Shown in pieces: positions 51,537 through 64,000 of a DNA stretch of 64,000 nt. The notes under the pieces are model-generated. The model worked only from the letters and a program-made list of their open reading frames with translations, had not been told where the DNA came from and did not search any database. The stretch's first letter is position 1. Every line of letters starts with the position of its first letter. Position numbers and translations under genes: made by a program. Origin of the DNA: Chlorokybus atmophyticus (Eukaryota > Plantae > Mesostigma and Chlorokybus algae); assembly GCA_009103225.1 (NCBI GenBank), contig RHPI01002262.1, positions 248,001 through 312,000 of the forward strand. The letters are read 5' to 3'.

Positions 51537-54500
51537 TTACAGGAAGCTGAAAATGCTCTCCATCTCTTCTCTAACACCGTGCGGTTGAGGCGTTTGGTTT
51601 TGCGAGGAAACCTGCGTGCTCTCACAAGGAGGCTCTGTGCTGTTGGTAACGGCCGCCGGAAAGAGAGACCTGATCGCAGGGTAAGGGGTCAATTGGTTGA
51701 GTTGAAGTGTAATTGGTATACCATCTACACACAGCATACACACGCACACGCGCACATGGTTGCATGAGATGCATGCAAATCCTCACAACCATAGGTTGCC
51801 AAAAGTACCTGCGGATAGGGTGGAGCGGAGGGGTTCTGCTGGGTCTCTCCTGGGACTCAGCAATAAAGTCCAGAAGCGAACTGCGGGGAGCTCCCATTGG
51901 CAAGGGAGGACACGCATTGCCAGGTGGAGTGCCAACCAGTCTTCCGGTAATCGGTGCTGATGATGGTGCATCCCACGCTCGGTCGTGTGCCGTGATGAAG
52001 GGCTGTTGTTGCCGTGTGTCAGTGAGGCTTTGTTGCTGCATTATTGGCCGCCATGGCTGCTGCGGAAGTTGAGGTGGAATAGGCTGCGACTGGATGGGAT
52101 TACGTGGCTGAGTCACTGAACTGGTTGAACTCTGTTGTGGGTGTTGTTGCCAAGGAGGTGTTCCATAGAGCCTTGCGACAGGTTGCGCTTGGTGCTGCGG
52201 CCGGGCAGGTGTGCCATCAACCATGCCCGCAGGACGCATGTTGGTTGCCTGGAGTGCAGCTTGTGGGTGTTGTTGAAGCCAAGGAGGTGTTCCATACAGC
52301 CGTGCGGCAGGTTGCACTTGGTGCTGTGGCCGGGCAGGTGTGCCATAAACCATGCCCGCAGGACGCATGTTGGTTTCCTGCAGTGCAGGTCTGCAACCAG
52401 GAGCCGACAGCGAAGAGAAGGAGCTGCCAGACGCCGCGAAAGAAGGCCGCGGGACTGCGCTTGTCTTGCGCTGCATCAGCTCGAGCGCGCGGTCCGCGTC
52501 CCCAGCAAGACGCGCTTCTTTGGGTGTGTAGTTGGGTGGCAAGTCTTGCAGTGCGCTCTTGCGCTTAGCCGTGAAAGCCACACCTGCAGACGGGTGGTCA
52601 GTGGCTTCATTGGCTAACCAGCTGCAAGGGAGTGTTTTGGTCAGTAACAGCAAAGACATTGATGAAAAGGGCAGTTTGATGGATGGCTTACGATTGAGTG
52701 CCAAGCGCTTCTCTGCCTCAGTCAAGTTGAGCCCTTGTTTGCAGCACAGGTGCTTGCAAGCACGCTTGTCTGCGAGCGGTGAGAGAGTTTAAGCAGCCAC
52801 TACATTGGTAGCAGTCATCAATGAGTGACTGTGCGGTGTCGAAAAGGAAAGCATTATCTGACCTTTGCACCTGCAGTTGCATCGCTTTCCCTTGTCCACT
52901 TTGGCTGTGCCGACAGCAGGAGCGGTAGCCTCGCCTGCAAGAGTTGAAGCTAAGACTGATATTCAGAAGATGCTGCTTGCTAAGACTTCCAAGCTAGCTA
53001 CCTTGTGGTCGACTTTGGGGTTCCAACCTCGCATCCGCTTGGTTATGATCGCCAGCACTGTTGTCCGCTGCAGGCAAGTCTTCATCGGAAGCATGCTCTC
53101 TACCGCTATCAGGTGTGGTGGGGACTCTGCTTGTGCATACATGACTGTTGTCATTGCTTGTGATGTGTGATATGCTAGATTTGAAAGCCGCATTGAGTAC
53201 TGATTGCGTACATGCACAACACCAATACCCAACATGTTGGCATACCCATCTGAGTGCCCGTTGTCGTTGTCACCGTTCTGCACCCCTTCAACATCTTCTC
53301 GCTTGAGACCATCGTCAACATCGCCTTCAATGAGATCAATGACGCCGTCACCGTTGCCATCACCTTCACGTCTTGGCTGGGGTTCATTGTCGTCCACACG
53401 ATGATTAGGGTTGACACCAGCATTCAGCATGTCTTGGTACACGCGGCTGTAGCCCCGCCCGCCGGGTGAGCGTGCTACAAGTGTGCGCCTTGCGCTTGCA
53501 TCCAACCCAACTGTGCAACGAGTGCGTGACACTGTAAACAGGTGTTCGCAGAGCAATCCGTTGCATTGTGATTGGCCAGGTCTCACCGTATCCTTCCACA
53601 ATCACATTGACGACAATCTCCATGCTCTTCACATTAGGTGGCCAGGTGACCTGGAACGTCTCTTTGTAGGGGCTGGAACACATGTGGAGCTGGTCAGGGC
53701 TTTGAACACACTTGTAATAAACCAACATGAGCTCTAGGTGCCGCTCAACACCGCTGCTGCAGCTCTGCGCAAAGCTCACCTCGGGAACTTTTCCAGTCTG
53801 CAAGGACCAGCGTACCATCATCACAGCACAAGAGTGTCATTGAAGTCAGAAAGTTAACATCACAGAGAAGCATGCACCACAGCTTGCATCTGTTGCAACT
53901 TACACCATGGTCTGATGGAGAAGGATGGTGTCATCGCGCGTGTTTCCTGCAATCTATGCAACAAGCCGAGTTGATTACTTGCATGTAACCATACTCACGT
54001 GATCATCATTAGCACTGTACCAGCACGGCTTGGTGATGAACGGTGCTTTTGCCTTCTTGCAGCCTGGTGACTGTCACAGTAGTCTCCTCTGTGTCTGGCG
54101 CCAGCTGTGTTGGTGCGCTGAGCTGAACATTGACGCAAGGTGGCAAGTTTTTCAAACTCTCCTTGATCTGGTTGCCAAAGGGGTACTTGCGGCCCGTCAC
54201 AACCTCAAGCCGTCTCGGGTCCGCTGCTGCCAACTTGTCAAAACTGTCGATGCCTCCCGCCACAAGAGCCTGTGAAGATCGCCAAGTCAATGTGGTGGTG
54301 GTGAGTATCATATACTAGTACCTTGCATCATCTTATGCCTGATACTGGTTTCCGTAACTGCATGCATCATCTTATGCCTGATACTGGCCAGTGGTATTGC
54401 TCTCTGCTTGCCTTGGATGTGATGGGTCCAATGTGTTGAAGCTGCTTTAGCACATGCTGCGTGTCAGACCACATTTTCTGGCGAAGGCACTTGGCAAAGG

Positions 54501-57500
54501 TGAGCGCGTTACACGTTGCCGCAAAGCTGCGCTTGTATGCAAAGTAATTTGCCATGCACTCCACTATCCTAACGCCATGGGACAGAACCTGGTTCAACTC
54601 CTGCATAACACATGTTTCAAACCCGAGGCGCTCAGAAGTCTACACAAAGCTATCCACTAATCGCGAGCAGCACACAACCTGGTTCAGCGCAAAGTCCAGC
54701 GTGCCCGAGTGCTCGCATGACAGTCCTTCATTGATCAGGACTACCACCTTCTCGGGACCTGCAAGCAGCTGATATGAGTATGACTACAACAAGTGCAGCA
54801 GAAGCGTTGATTGATTCCCAAAAGGTGCTACATCGTGTAGCACAGGTGACCTGTCTGAAGCCGTTTCTTGGGCTTTGAAGCTGCTCCTTCAACAACAGGG
54901 TACTTAATGCGGCCGCTAGTGTCTTGATTGATGACGTTCAGAACCTTCTTTTCATGTCGCCGCAACCTTATCCCTGTCAGAGATTGATGTTGCTAACGCC
55001 AGAACATGGTCAACTCATGGGTTTAACACTCACAGGAGAACTCCTCAGCAAGCGACAGCATGGTCAGGATGTCTGGAAGCGTGCTGCCGGGTTTGGCGTT
55101 GACGAAGATGCGCATGGTGCGCAAGCTCAGGTAGTACCTTGCCATGAGCCGGCCAGGCTCTGGGAACGCACCAGAGAATGAGAGCCAGTTACAGAGCTCA
55201 AGACCAAACACGGTCATCAACTCACCACATGGCGAGAAGGCAAAGCCGTCTTCATCCATAAGTATCATGCCACAGGCTGCCAGGTCGTTTAGACACTTCA
55301 GAGTCATCTCTGCGTCACATTAGCCATGCCTTGAGTATCAAGAAGCAATCAAGACTGAGGAGTAGCACAATGTTGGGGACTCGTCAGGTGCTTTTAGTGC
55401 ACACATGTACCTTTGAGTCGATGCTCAAGTTGCGCAGGAGTGAGGTCGTCCTTAATTTGGTAGTGCTTTGAGTTCTATTGTTGCATCAAGCAATGTGAGT
55501 ACCAACCTGCAAAACGAAGTTGATTGCGTTTTCCTACCTTCTTGATCCTGACGTACAGGAACGAGCTCTTAAGCCAGCCGATAGCAGCACCAACGTCAAG
55601 GACAGTACGCAACACGATCTCTGCGTTCAGATGCTCTGCAAGACAGGTTGCCAGCCTGAAGTTACAGACCACAATCAGTGTGGCCTGTAATATCTTGAGC
55701 TGTACTTGGAGTTGAGGTTTTCAGGTCAATGCTTGATGAAGGCTATAACCTGACACTGTACACGTGTCAAGTTTAAGAGTCTTACTGTGACTCTACGGCT
55801 TCAGCACCCGCTGTAAGGTTCCGGTAGCGATTGACCTTCAAGAGAGCGACTGTTACCGTATCAATGCCACAACGTGCAAGCGCTCAGCAATGCAAGATGT
55901 TAGCCATGTTAACACTGGTAATCAACTTGTTACCATGTGCTGGTGTGTCATGATGACAGCTGTTCCGCAGTCATCAAACTGTGGTCTGCCAGCTCGGCCA
56001 ATCATCTGCAAGGCCAGTGTTATGGTGCCAATGCAATGACACTCAAACGGCAGATGCTGCTCCCCTGTCTACACACCAACCTGCAGGCAGGTTGAACGCT
56101 CATATTCAACATAGCCTCCCGCTTCGCGATCACTGCATAAGTTCGCTCAATTGTAAGGCAAACAGCAAGGCTACAGTCTGTCATCTCTGTGCACTTACAA
56201 TTGCTGCGTGGACTTGATGACAACCAGGTGCGCCGGGAGGTTGAGACCTTGTGCAAGCGTGCTCGTCGTGCAAATCACGCGCACGTCCGTATCGCTGAAC
56301 AGCTGCTCAACAAGCGCTCTGTCTGCAGCATCCAAGGCTGCACTGTGAAAGGCAACTGCGCACACACAAATACAGCAGTCTTTCACTACAAGCGACTCAG
56401 TCTCCTGCAAAGTGTGCTCTAAACAGCAGACTCACTTCCATCTCTGATGCACATCTGAAGCCTGGTGTGTTTGGCCCGCTCACTGACAGCCTGCAGGCGT
56501 TCATGCTGAGCTTGAGACCTGACAAAGAAGCTCCTTCTTCCTGTCTTGGCGGCCTCATTCACAATGAAGACAGCGGCGTCTTCGCTGCCTTTTCGGGTGC
56601 TGCAGAATACGAGCGCTGGCTTTCCGCGTGAGTGCTCCACAATTACATCTACAAGCACAACGTGGATGTTGCAGGCAGGCGCATGTGCACGCACACAGTC
56701 CAAAAAAGCGCAGAATAGATGTCAGATGATTACCGTACCCAAGAGGTAATACTCCAGTTTCTGCGTCACGGACGCAACCAGTAAGCGTCGCAAATGACAG
56801 AGCTTTGGTGCTAGGATATCAGATGTGAAAATGCAAAAAACTCGCGCACACCTTCTCAAACATAAAGTCGTTCTTTGCGGGCGGATAGCCTGCACAGATA
56901 GCCAGTATAGAGCAAGCTTTGCTGTCATGCCAGCAGCGTTCTCCATGTACACAACAGCAACAACAGAGCCGGAACGTTGCAAGTATATTTACAGCGCGTA
57001 ATTGAAGCGCATGCAGTATGTACTATACTTGACATACCGTTGACAATCGTGATGAGCTTGACGGGTCGCAGCTCCTCTCCAAAGCTAACAGGTCGAGAGT
57101 TGTACAAATTTGAACGTGTGAGGAGCTGGAGACAAACGTACAACGTGTGCATAGCAGAGCTCATGCAGTTTCCTTACCTCTTGATACCCCTGCCAGAGGC
57201 ACCCAACCACTCACCTGCAAACCCAACATGCTAGTCGTTTGTGTTGCACTAACGCTCTTCAGGAAAGTAAGGTGATTGTTCCTGCGCTTCGTTCTCATAT
57301 TGTGCAATGTTGAGCCTCACTGAGTGCTAGCTATCCATCTGCAACCCACCAATGTCGTGTACATTTGGAATCGTTGCAGAGATGGCAGCGAAGCGCAACC
57401 GTGCGACCGGCATCTCGCGCAAGGCTGGAAACTTGGACATCAACTTCAGACGGCAGACGATAGCCTCCACGGCCGGGCCGCGTGAGTCATTGAGGATGTG

Positions 57501-58628
57501 AACTTCATCTATGAGCAGAAGCGCAATGTCTCCAAAGAAGCTGCATAAGTAGGAGTACTTTGCATGACGCACCAGCAAGCACTGATGTCCATGCGTGTCA
57601 CTAGCACGGCGCTAGGTGTTGAAGCATGGCTAGCATACAACTTCTCATTACCTCATGCCTCCACGGTCCTTGTGTTTGCGAGTGATGGAGTCAAACTTCT
57701 CCGGTGTCGCCAGGATGATGTCCGCCTCGGAGAGTTCTGTGTGGTGTCCGACATCACTGTCGCTAGTGAGCTCTTTGCACACCAGGCCTGCATGTCAATT
57801 ACCACACTTGAGACACCAGTCCATGGCAAGCTTGATGCGCGTTATATCTATTGTATTGAAACAAGGACATGTACGGACCCAACTGGCCGCTGAATTTGGT
57901 CTGCCACTCCTTCTGCTTTTCTTGAACCAAAGCCTGTGCATGACGAGTTGAAAGGCAGCGGCCAACTGGTGTGCACACTGCACTCACTGTATTGCTTGCA
58001 TCGAAGTCTGCATGCTAAAGACCAGTGCATGCAGGTCTCAGCTCACACCTTAAGAGGCGCAATGTAGACCACTTTTTCACGGGCAGAAGTGTTGCGCATA
58101 AAGCTCCCATCGGGCCGGACATACTTGCTGTAGACTCGTAGGATGGCCAGCTCAAAGATGACGGTCTTTCCTGCTCCAGTCGGTGCTGTGCAACAGTGCA
58201 AGTGGGTCGGTAGTTGAAGTAAGTAGTTTGTCAGCATGTTATGCAACAAGGCTGGTTCACCTGCAACAACCAGATTCTGGTCGGACAAGAAGGCTTCAGC
58301 GAAGGTTTCTCCTTGCACCGCGTTAAAGTAGCTGCAAGCAAGCGAAAACAGACAAACGAGGCTCAGGAAGCTTGCGATGATTACCTACAAGCTGTCACAA
58401 TGCCAGTGTGGCATTGTGACAGCTTAACAAGCAGATAGCTACACTCGTATCATCTTGCCTGAATGAAAACAGCCCTTGGAAGCAGTGCGGCAGCAGCGCC
58501 ACCTCCTTGAGCGCGTCCGGGTCCTGCTCGGGACGCAGATGGAGCTGCCGCTCTGCTTCGCATGAAGTGGACAGCCACCGTTAGTAAGTCCACTGAATAA
58601 AAGCTCGACCTTCAAGAACAAAGCGCAT
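51537..58628 (-). CDS. MER3: Meiotic DExH-box helicase MER3/HFM1 (helicase + Sec63 + long low-complexity tail); start provisional
   Basis: DPDALKEVALLPHCFQGLFSF|SYFNAVQGE; APTGAGKTVIFELAILR; TPEKFDSITRK; LLIDEVHILNDSRGPAVEAIVCRLK; SATIPN; GKPALVFCSTRKG; VICTTSTLAQGLNLPAHLVVIKST; LAEHLNAEIVLRTV...WLKSSFLYVRIKK; Sec63-like KLAAADPRRLEVVTGRKYPFGNQI; C-terminus ...MESIFSFL*. Confidence 0.92.
52135..52388 (-). repeat. In-frame ~43-codon tandem duplication in the MER3 C-terminal tail
   Basis: LQETNMRPAGMVYGTPARPQHQVQPAARLYGTPPWLQQHPQ followed by LQATNMRPAGMVDGTPARPQHQAQPVARLYGTPPW-QQHPQ. Confidence 0.9.
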
Positions 58629-60865
58629 GCTCCCAATCTCTCTGCTTACCATCTGGTGGCCACTGCCACGGCTGCAGCTGAGTGCCAGCTTGCGACCTGC
58701 AGCATGTCAGCGAGCAACTGAGAGGTGGACTTCGCTTCAAAGCACTTGACAGCTTTCAACTGGCGTTACCCCATTGACGTCTCCCCATGTGAGCTATCAA
58801 GCAGGCAAGCAGCTTTGTGGCTCCGCTGCAGCCATGGCAAGCAGCCACCAGTAGCAGCAGTTGTCACTGCACACACACAACAAGGCCAACAATGAACTCA
58901 AACAGCAACGTACCAAGTGGGTAACACAGCACATCACAATGCATGAACAACCGTAGCTTGCTGAGGTCGCCGCCCGCGCAATTCGTCCAGCAGGCGCCTT
59001 CAAGCTGCCCTCACAGCTTGCCTCTGCGGCGCCCTGCTTGTGCTGCTACAGCTGCTGCGCGTTGCATGTGAGCATGCATGCAGCGCGTTCGCCCGCCTGT
59101 GGATATTGGGCGCAAGTCGCAGGGCGCGTCACGTCGAGGGACGCATCCACCAAAATGAGAGACAGCGCTGGTATTCCGCCCACATTGCACCTAGGGCACC
59201 TTGTTGTGCAACTCGTGATTGACTCAAACTTGCGAGTCAATCACCAACGTGTCATAGATTGTGACACGTTTGTGTAACTCACGATGCATTTGCGTGTTAA
59301 ATGTCATGTGAATCCCACACAACATTCATATAACATTTGATGCGGTATTCATGGCGCTTTAGATATCTTTATTTCAAAACAAATAATAATTGCATAACTA
59401 TTCACACCAACACTCGAAGCGCTTTTATACAAAAGCGAGACATTCTTAATTTAATAGATATGCTAAGAAGGTTGTTAACTTATATATATGTACGATCTAT
59501 GTAGGTCTCTCATAAAACATGAACTGTATGTATTGTATCACATCGATGAATAAATACGCGACGAAGACGAGCTCAGCATAACAGACTTTTATTCCATAAC
59601 AGGCTTATTAAATGTAAATGCGAAATCAGACACTGGTCAACAATTGTCAACTTGTAATGTAATGTTGCACAAGGTGTTGATTGGCTTTTTGCAATGCATT
59701 GCAAATATAACTCAGAATACATCTTTGCGTGGTGCGTAAATGGGGGGGAGCAAGTTGTCAATCATCACGCAAGCTTTATTCTTGTAATTGTACGCTTAAG
59801 TTGTACGTGATTCGGCGTTATATGATATATATATGATGTTCGCTTACGCTTGATACTGTATGACCTAACAATAAGCATTCATGTTGTTTGTATGTGTTAT
59901 AATATTGATAATGTGGTAAACAACACTTGTATAATATTATTACAATAAACGGCATGATTGTTGATATGCTATTAAATTGACCACCAATTGAAGATATCGA
60001 TTGTATAAATAATTTAAATAATAATAAAGTCTCGTAGCATGTGCAACAAGCATGTTGGATACTTTTTATTTCAAAGTTTAATGTAATATGCGGCGTTTTA
60101 ACCGCGTATTGTATTACTGTATATTACTATATGATTACGTTGTTATATGTATACATTGACAGGTGTTACAAACTTGTAAGTTTTGGTGAAAAGCAGCTTT
60201 TTTAACTTAAAGTGAGGGAGCAGTGGCTGTTCCTTCGCTCTCACATTGTGACACATTACGCAAGACAATGCTTATGCCATGGAGAGCACTGAAGTATGAA
60301 ACACGTTTATTGAACTTGTAGTTGAATACCGCAAATGGCGGACTGAACGCCTTGGGTGAAGCAGGCCGGCAAGTTCACAGCGAAGACCCGCTTATAGCAA
60401 CCCTGTGAAACCCGGTGAACCAGCAAGCCGGCTAAAAGTCATGTAAAAAAAGCGGCGCTCCCTGTCTTCGAGATTTAGGGATTTCATAAAATTCCGATCG
60501 CCGGTCCAAATCGGCCAAGTTGCACTTCAAAGCCGATTGTGAACGGCGAAACTCATCTCACCTTCACATATGCATAGCCGACCATTCCAATACGAGGTCA
60601 TAGTAATCAGCGATTTTAGCTATTCCAACTTTCGCCTTTTCGACTCAGTTAGTATTGTACAATCTTCTGACACTCCGCATGTGAACTCGGGTTTACTTAC
60701 TATGTCCTACACGCATACGACGGAAGCCGCCAATCTCAGTTGACCACGGAACATACACCATTTGAACCATATTCATGAGGAGCACACTTCGAGCAAATTT
60801 CTCGGTGAGCAATTGGTTCAGCAACTCAAACAACGGTGTTCAACAACGCCTAAACTGTTTAATCT

Positions 60866-61705
60866 GACTGCGAAAGCGTTTTCCAGCATTTTGCAAATCG
60901 ATGGACGGCAAGTTTCACCTTTTCGCGAATCGGATATTCATCGTTCTGCAAGCTGACCGGTGCGAGTTTTGTTCACAACAGCTTGCTAGCAACCCGTTAT
61001 GCACAAAACTCCGTGCACCAAGTGACCGGTGCACCGCCTTTGTCCAGAATAGGTTGCTGACGACCCGTTCTACACAAAACTCCATGCACTGGTCAGCTTG
61101 CAGAACGACATGCACCGAGCGATTATTCGCAGCAGGCACATTTGCTTTCCAGCTTTTTGCGAACTAAAAGAATGCAAGTTTTCCTTTTGGCGAATTAGGC
61201 ATCCATCGTATTGCAAGCTGACCGGTGCACACCGAGTTTTGTCCGCGAAGTTGCCAGCAAACCATTGTGGACAAAAAAAAACTCCGTGCGTTGGTCAGCT
61301 TGCAGAGCAACATGCACCGAGCGACCGGTCAACAATTATCGAGTTCTGTCCAAAACGGGTACCGATAGCAACCTTTGCTGGACAAAACTTCGTACACGGG
61401 TCAGCTCGCTGAACAACATGCACCAGCTGACCGATCAATCGGTGCACCGACAGTTGTCCTGCAGTGTCTTTGCGATTCAGGCATTCACATGTGCGAGCTG
61501 ACAGGTGCACCGAGTTCTGTGTTGCTAATAACCCGTTTCGGACAAAACTCCGTGCACCGGTCAGTCGGTTCATCGACTTTGGTCCAGAACGGGTTGCCAA
61601 TGCCAGGGGCACCTCGCAGCTCGCAAAACAACGAATGTCCGATTCGCAAGAAGCCTAAACTTGCGTTCTTGGATTTGCGAAATGCTGAACACCGCTTTCG
61701 CAGTC
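60866..61705. mobile_element. Foldback-type element: ~80-bp imperfect TIRs enclosing an array of hairpin modules
   Basis: GACTGCGAAAGCG...CAGCATTTTGCAAATC...GCAAGTTT...GCGAATCGGATATTCATCGTT (60866-60945) pairs with AACGAATGTCCGATTCGC...AAACTTGC...GATTTGCGAAATGCTG...CGCTTTCGCAGTC (61631-61705). The interior repeats GCTGACCGGTGCACCGAGTT(T/C)TG ... ACAAAACTCCGTGCACCGGTCAG modules. No TSD recognised. Confidence 0.7.
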
Positions 61706-61790
61706 CGGCACTCGCAACTTGCCGTCCTCGGGCATCAACGGTAACCTTCTTGTGCTTTTTCAAAAGCGAGAAACACCTGCCGAGGAGGCA

Positions 61791-61800
61791 ATTAGGGTTT
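61791..61800 (-). promoter_or_regulatory. Telo-box (AAACCCTAAT) near the presumed UBE2S transcription start
   Basis: ATTAGGGTTT on the plus strand, directly before the GC-rich 5'UTR-like stretch. Telo-boxes are known promoter/5'UTR elements of plant cell-cycle and housekeeping genes. Confidence 0.45.
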
Positions 61801-62024
61801 ATTGGCCTAGAGCGGCAGCGCTGGCGGCGGCAACGGCACCAACGGCGGCGGCGACGTCGAGGTGGTTGTCTGGAGCATTGGTGTAATACCTGCTTCTATT
61901 TCCTGTGCCTTTGATTTCCACTTACTCCTGCAAGACACCCACATTCCCGATCATTCCTGTCTGATCGCTGCCAGAGACAAGGCTCTCAACTCCACACAAT
62001 CACCTCACTCCCTGTCACCGCACC

Positions 62025-63512
62025 ATGGTGGGTCTGACTAATTCTATCTTGCAAACGTGAATTATACTGGTCTGCTTGAGATGTATGGCATGCTCGAGCC
62101 AATGAGTTGTGCTTGGTTCTGCACATTGGTTCTCAACTTACTGAATGGTATGGACTTGCAGTCAGTGTCCAGCAACAGCAGCGAGGCGCAGCAGTCTCTC
62201 ACCCCGCACGTGCTGAGCGCCCTGCTAAAGGAGCTGCGCCAGCTCGACAGCAGCCCGCCGGAGGGCGTGAGGGTCATCGTCAACGAGGAGAATCTGTCCG
62301 ACATACAGGCAGACCTCACAGGCCCAGGCACGTTCTGTGTTCGCATTTGAGTCAATGCTGGGTTTCTGGGCATGAGCATAGTTTTAGAGGTAAGTACAGA
62401 CACGTGTGTTGACACAGTGTACATGCATCCGCAGCCATACATGCAAGCGCGCATGCGCACATATGCACACGACTCTGCACGCTCACTCACGCAGAAAGAC
62501 ATGTGCATGAGTGCGCACACATGCGCGCACTCAAGCACGTGTGTGTGCGTGCATGCGCGCATGCGGTCCCCCACACACACTGGCCCGTATGCATCACAAT
62601 CATGATAGCCGTGAAACCACTTTCGCGGCTATCTGAGAAGCATGTTGTGTGCATCACAGCTGGAACTCCATATGAAGGAGGCAGGTTCAGAATGAGGCTT
62701 GTGCTTGGCGATGACTTCCCGCGCGTACCACCAAAAGGTGTGTATATCGTGTTCTGTGGATGGTACACTGTTTCTCTTAAATCCTTGTTAAAGGTACGTT
62801 CGAACAAAGCTGAACCATTCATATGCACAGGGTATTTTATCACTCGCATCTTCCATCCAAACATCTCCAAAGCCGGCGAAATCTGCGTCAACACTCTGAA
62901 ACGAGACTGGAACCCAAGTCTTGGCCTTCGACACGTCCTCATGGTATGCTGCTGTTGTTGTGCCACTCACAAACAGACATGCCTAAGAGACTTGCAGTCC
63001 AGATTCAGTTAGCAATGTTTATCACACCAAGTCTATGAGTGTGATTGCATTGCAGTCAATCTGCATCCTGACATGATTATTGCAAGGCTCCACACGCGCC
63101 CATTGCACTGTCTTACAAGCACACATATCATATGCCCACCATACAGTTATGATGCAAGCAAGCAGATTATGTGTAAGCTTATGGTATACCAATGTATTTT
63201 ATTTTTTCTTATGGACAGGTGATTAGGTGTCTGCTGATAGAGCCGTTCCCTGAGAGCGCCCTGAACGAGGAGGCCGGGAAGCTTCTGATGGAGGATTACG
63301 AGGGGTACTCTCGGCACGCCAGGCTGATGACTTCCATACATGCGCGTGATCCCAACATCACCTCGTCAAGCAGCGACAACAACAGCAGCAGCATGCCACT
63401 CACAGTCAACTCTGCCAACATTGTCAATAATAGTGTATCATCGTCAGTGGACCCCAAAGCGCAGGCGCAGAAGACGTCCATCGTGAGGAAAAAGAGTCTG
63501 CGGAGGCTTTAG
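62025..63512 (+). CDS. UBE2S: Ubiquitin-conjugating enzyme E2 S (K11-chain E2 of APC/C; plant UBC22)
   Basis: An ATG-only first coding exon (62025-27, GCACCATG|GT) is followed by 62162-62327, 62660-62736, 62831-62943 and 63219-63512: [35 protein letters not shown]|AGTPYEGG...|[27 protein letters not shown] (catalytic Cys)...|[27 protein letters not shown]...RKKSLRRL*, with the basic C-terminal tail diagnostic of UBE2S. Confidence 0.95.
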
Positions 63513-64000
63513 GATGTGTTATGTCAGCCAGTCTCTTTTTTGGCCAGCTGCTACCAATCTGTGCGTCACATTGACGCTAGGGCGAGGCGTGGACCACGTT
63601 GCGTGGTTCATGCCTTGCATGTACAATGCTACTTCACGTGCGAGTGAAAGCAGAGCTCAGCGAAGTTAACATTGGTTGATGGCAATCAATCCTGGATGGC
63701 GGTGCTGTTGTTTGCGTATGCGCGTGGACGAATGAGGTTGGGTGGGAGCCAGGATGCCAAGTGTGTTTGCTGTTGGTCGTTGTCTCACTTCAGTTGTACT
63801 TGAGTCCATCAAGTTGTAATACATGCATTTAACCTGACTTGGGCTGCGCATGAGGTGCATGTTAGCTGCTGTACTAGTCGCATCCTGTTCTGATGCGTGG
63901 GTTGAACTTGGGCCAAACATCACACAACTCCTGATTTGCTACGATCGCCTTCTGTGTACATGCAGTAGTTCTGCCAGTATACATAAGAGTGCAGACAAGC

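Noticed and set aside
60940-61640. CRISPR-like repeat-spacer array
   Set aside because: Eukaryotic context, no cas genes, and irregular unit length and orientation; better explained as the interior of a foldback element.
1-64000. Non-standard nuclear code (TAA/TAG = Gln) to explain in-frame stops
   Set aside because: Conserved host genes contain no in-frame TAR codons and UBE2S terminates at TAG; the stops are confined to TE remnants.
1-64000. tRNA, rRNA or snRNA genes
   Set aside because: None recognisable by eye; tRNAscan-SE or Infernal would be needed to exclude them formally.

Overview
Eukaryotic, intron-rich genomic DNA with GC-rich exons, GT-AG introns and (GT/GC/AT)n-like intronic microsatellites. 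It comes from the green lineage, most likely a green alga; the GID8, UBE2S and MER3 translations read as land-plant-like, so a streptophyte alga is plausible (inference). Host genes reconstructed by eye: DUF212/divergent PAP2 (-, runs off the left edge), a multi-TM class-3 lipase (+), an atypical bZIP (-), GID8/TWA1 (-), a small coiled-coil protein (+), a LAG1-type ceramide synthase (-), a NOL8-like RRM protein (+), the meiotic helicase MER3/HFM1 (-) and the E2 enzyme UBE2S/UBC22 (+). Positions ~3-14.4 kb are a stack of mobile DNA. It holds a decayed Helitron whose Rep-PIF1 helicase frame appears to splice in phase through a ~300-aa unknown region into a C-terminal GIY-YIG endonuclease. Next to it is a ~3.9-kb element bounded by 560-780-bp inverted repeats that carries a spliced coiled-coil/RING-like gene and no transposase. 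Other elements: a complete 530-bp TRIM retroelement (LTRs, PBS, PPT, 5-bp TSD), a Ty3-like gag remnant, a foldback element made of hairpin modules just upstream of UBE2S, and a cluster of palindromes including a pre-miRNA-like stem-loop. All exon boundaries were read manually; gene spans include introns and some termini are provisional.
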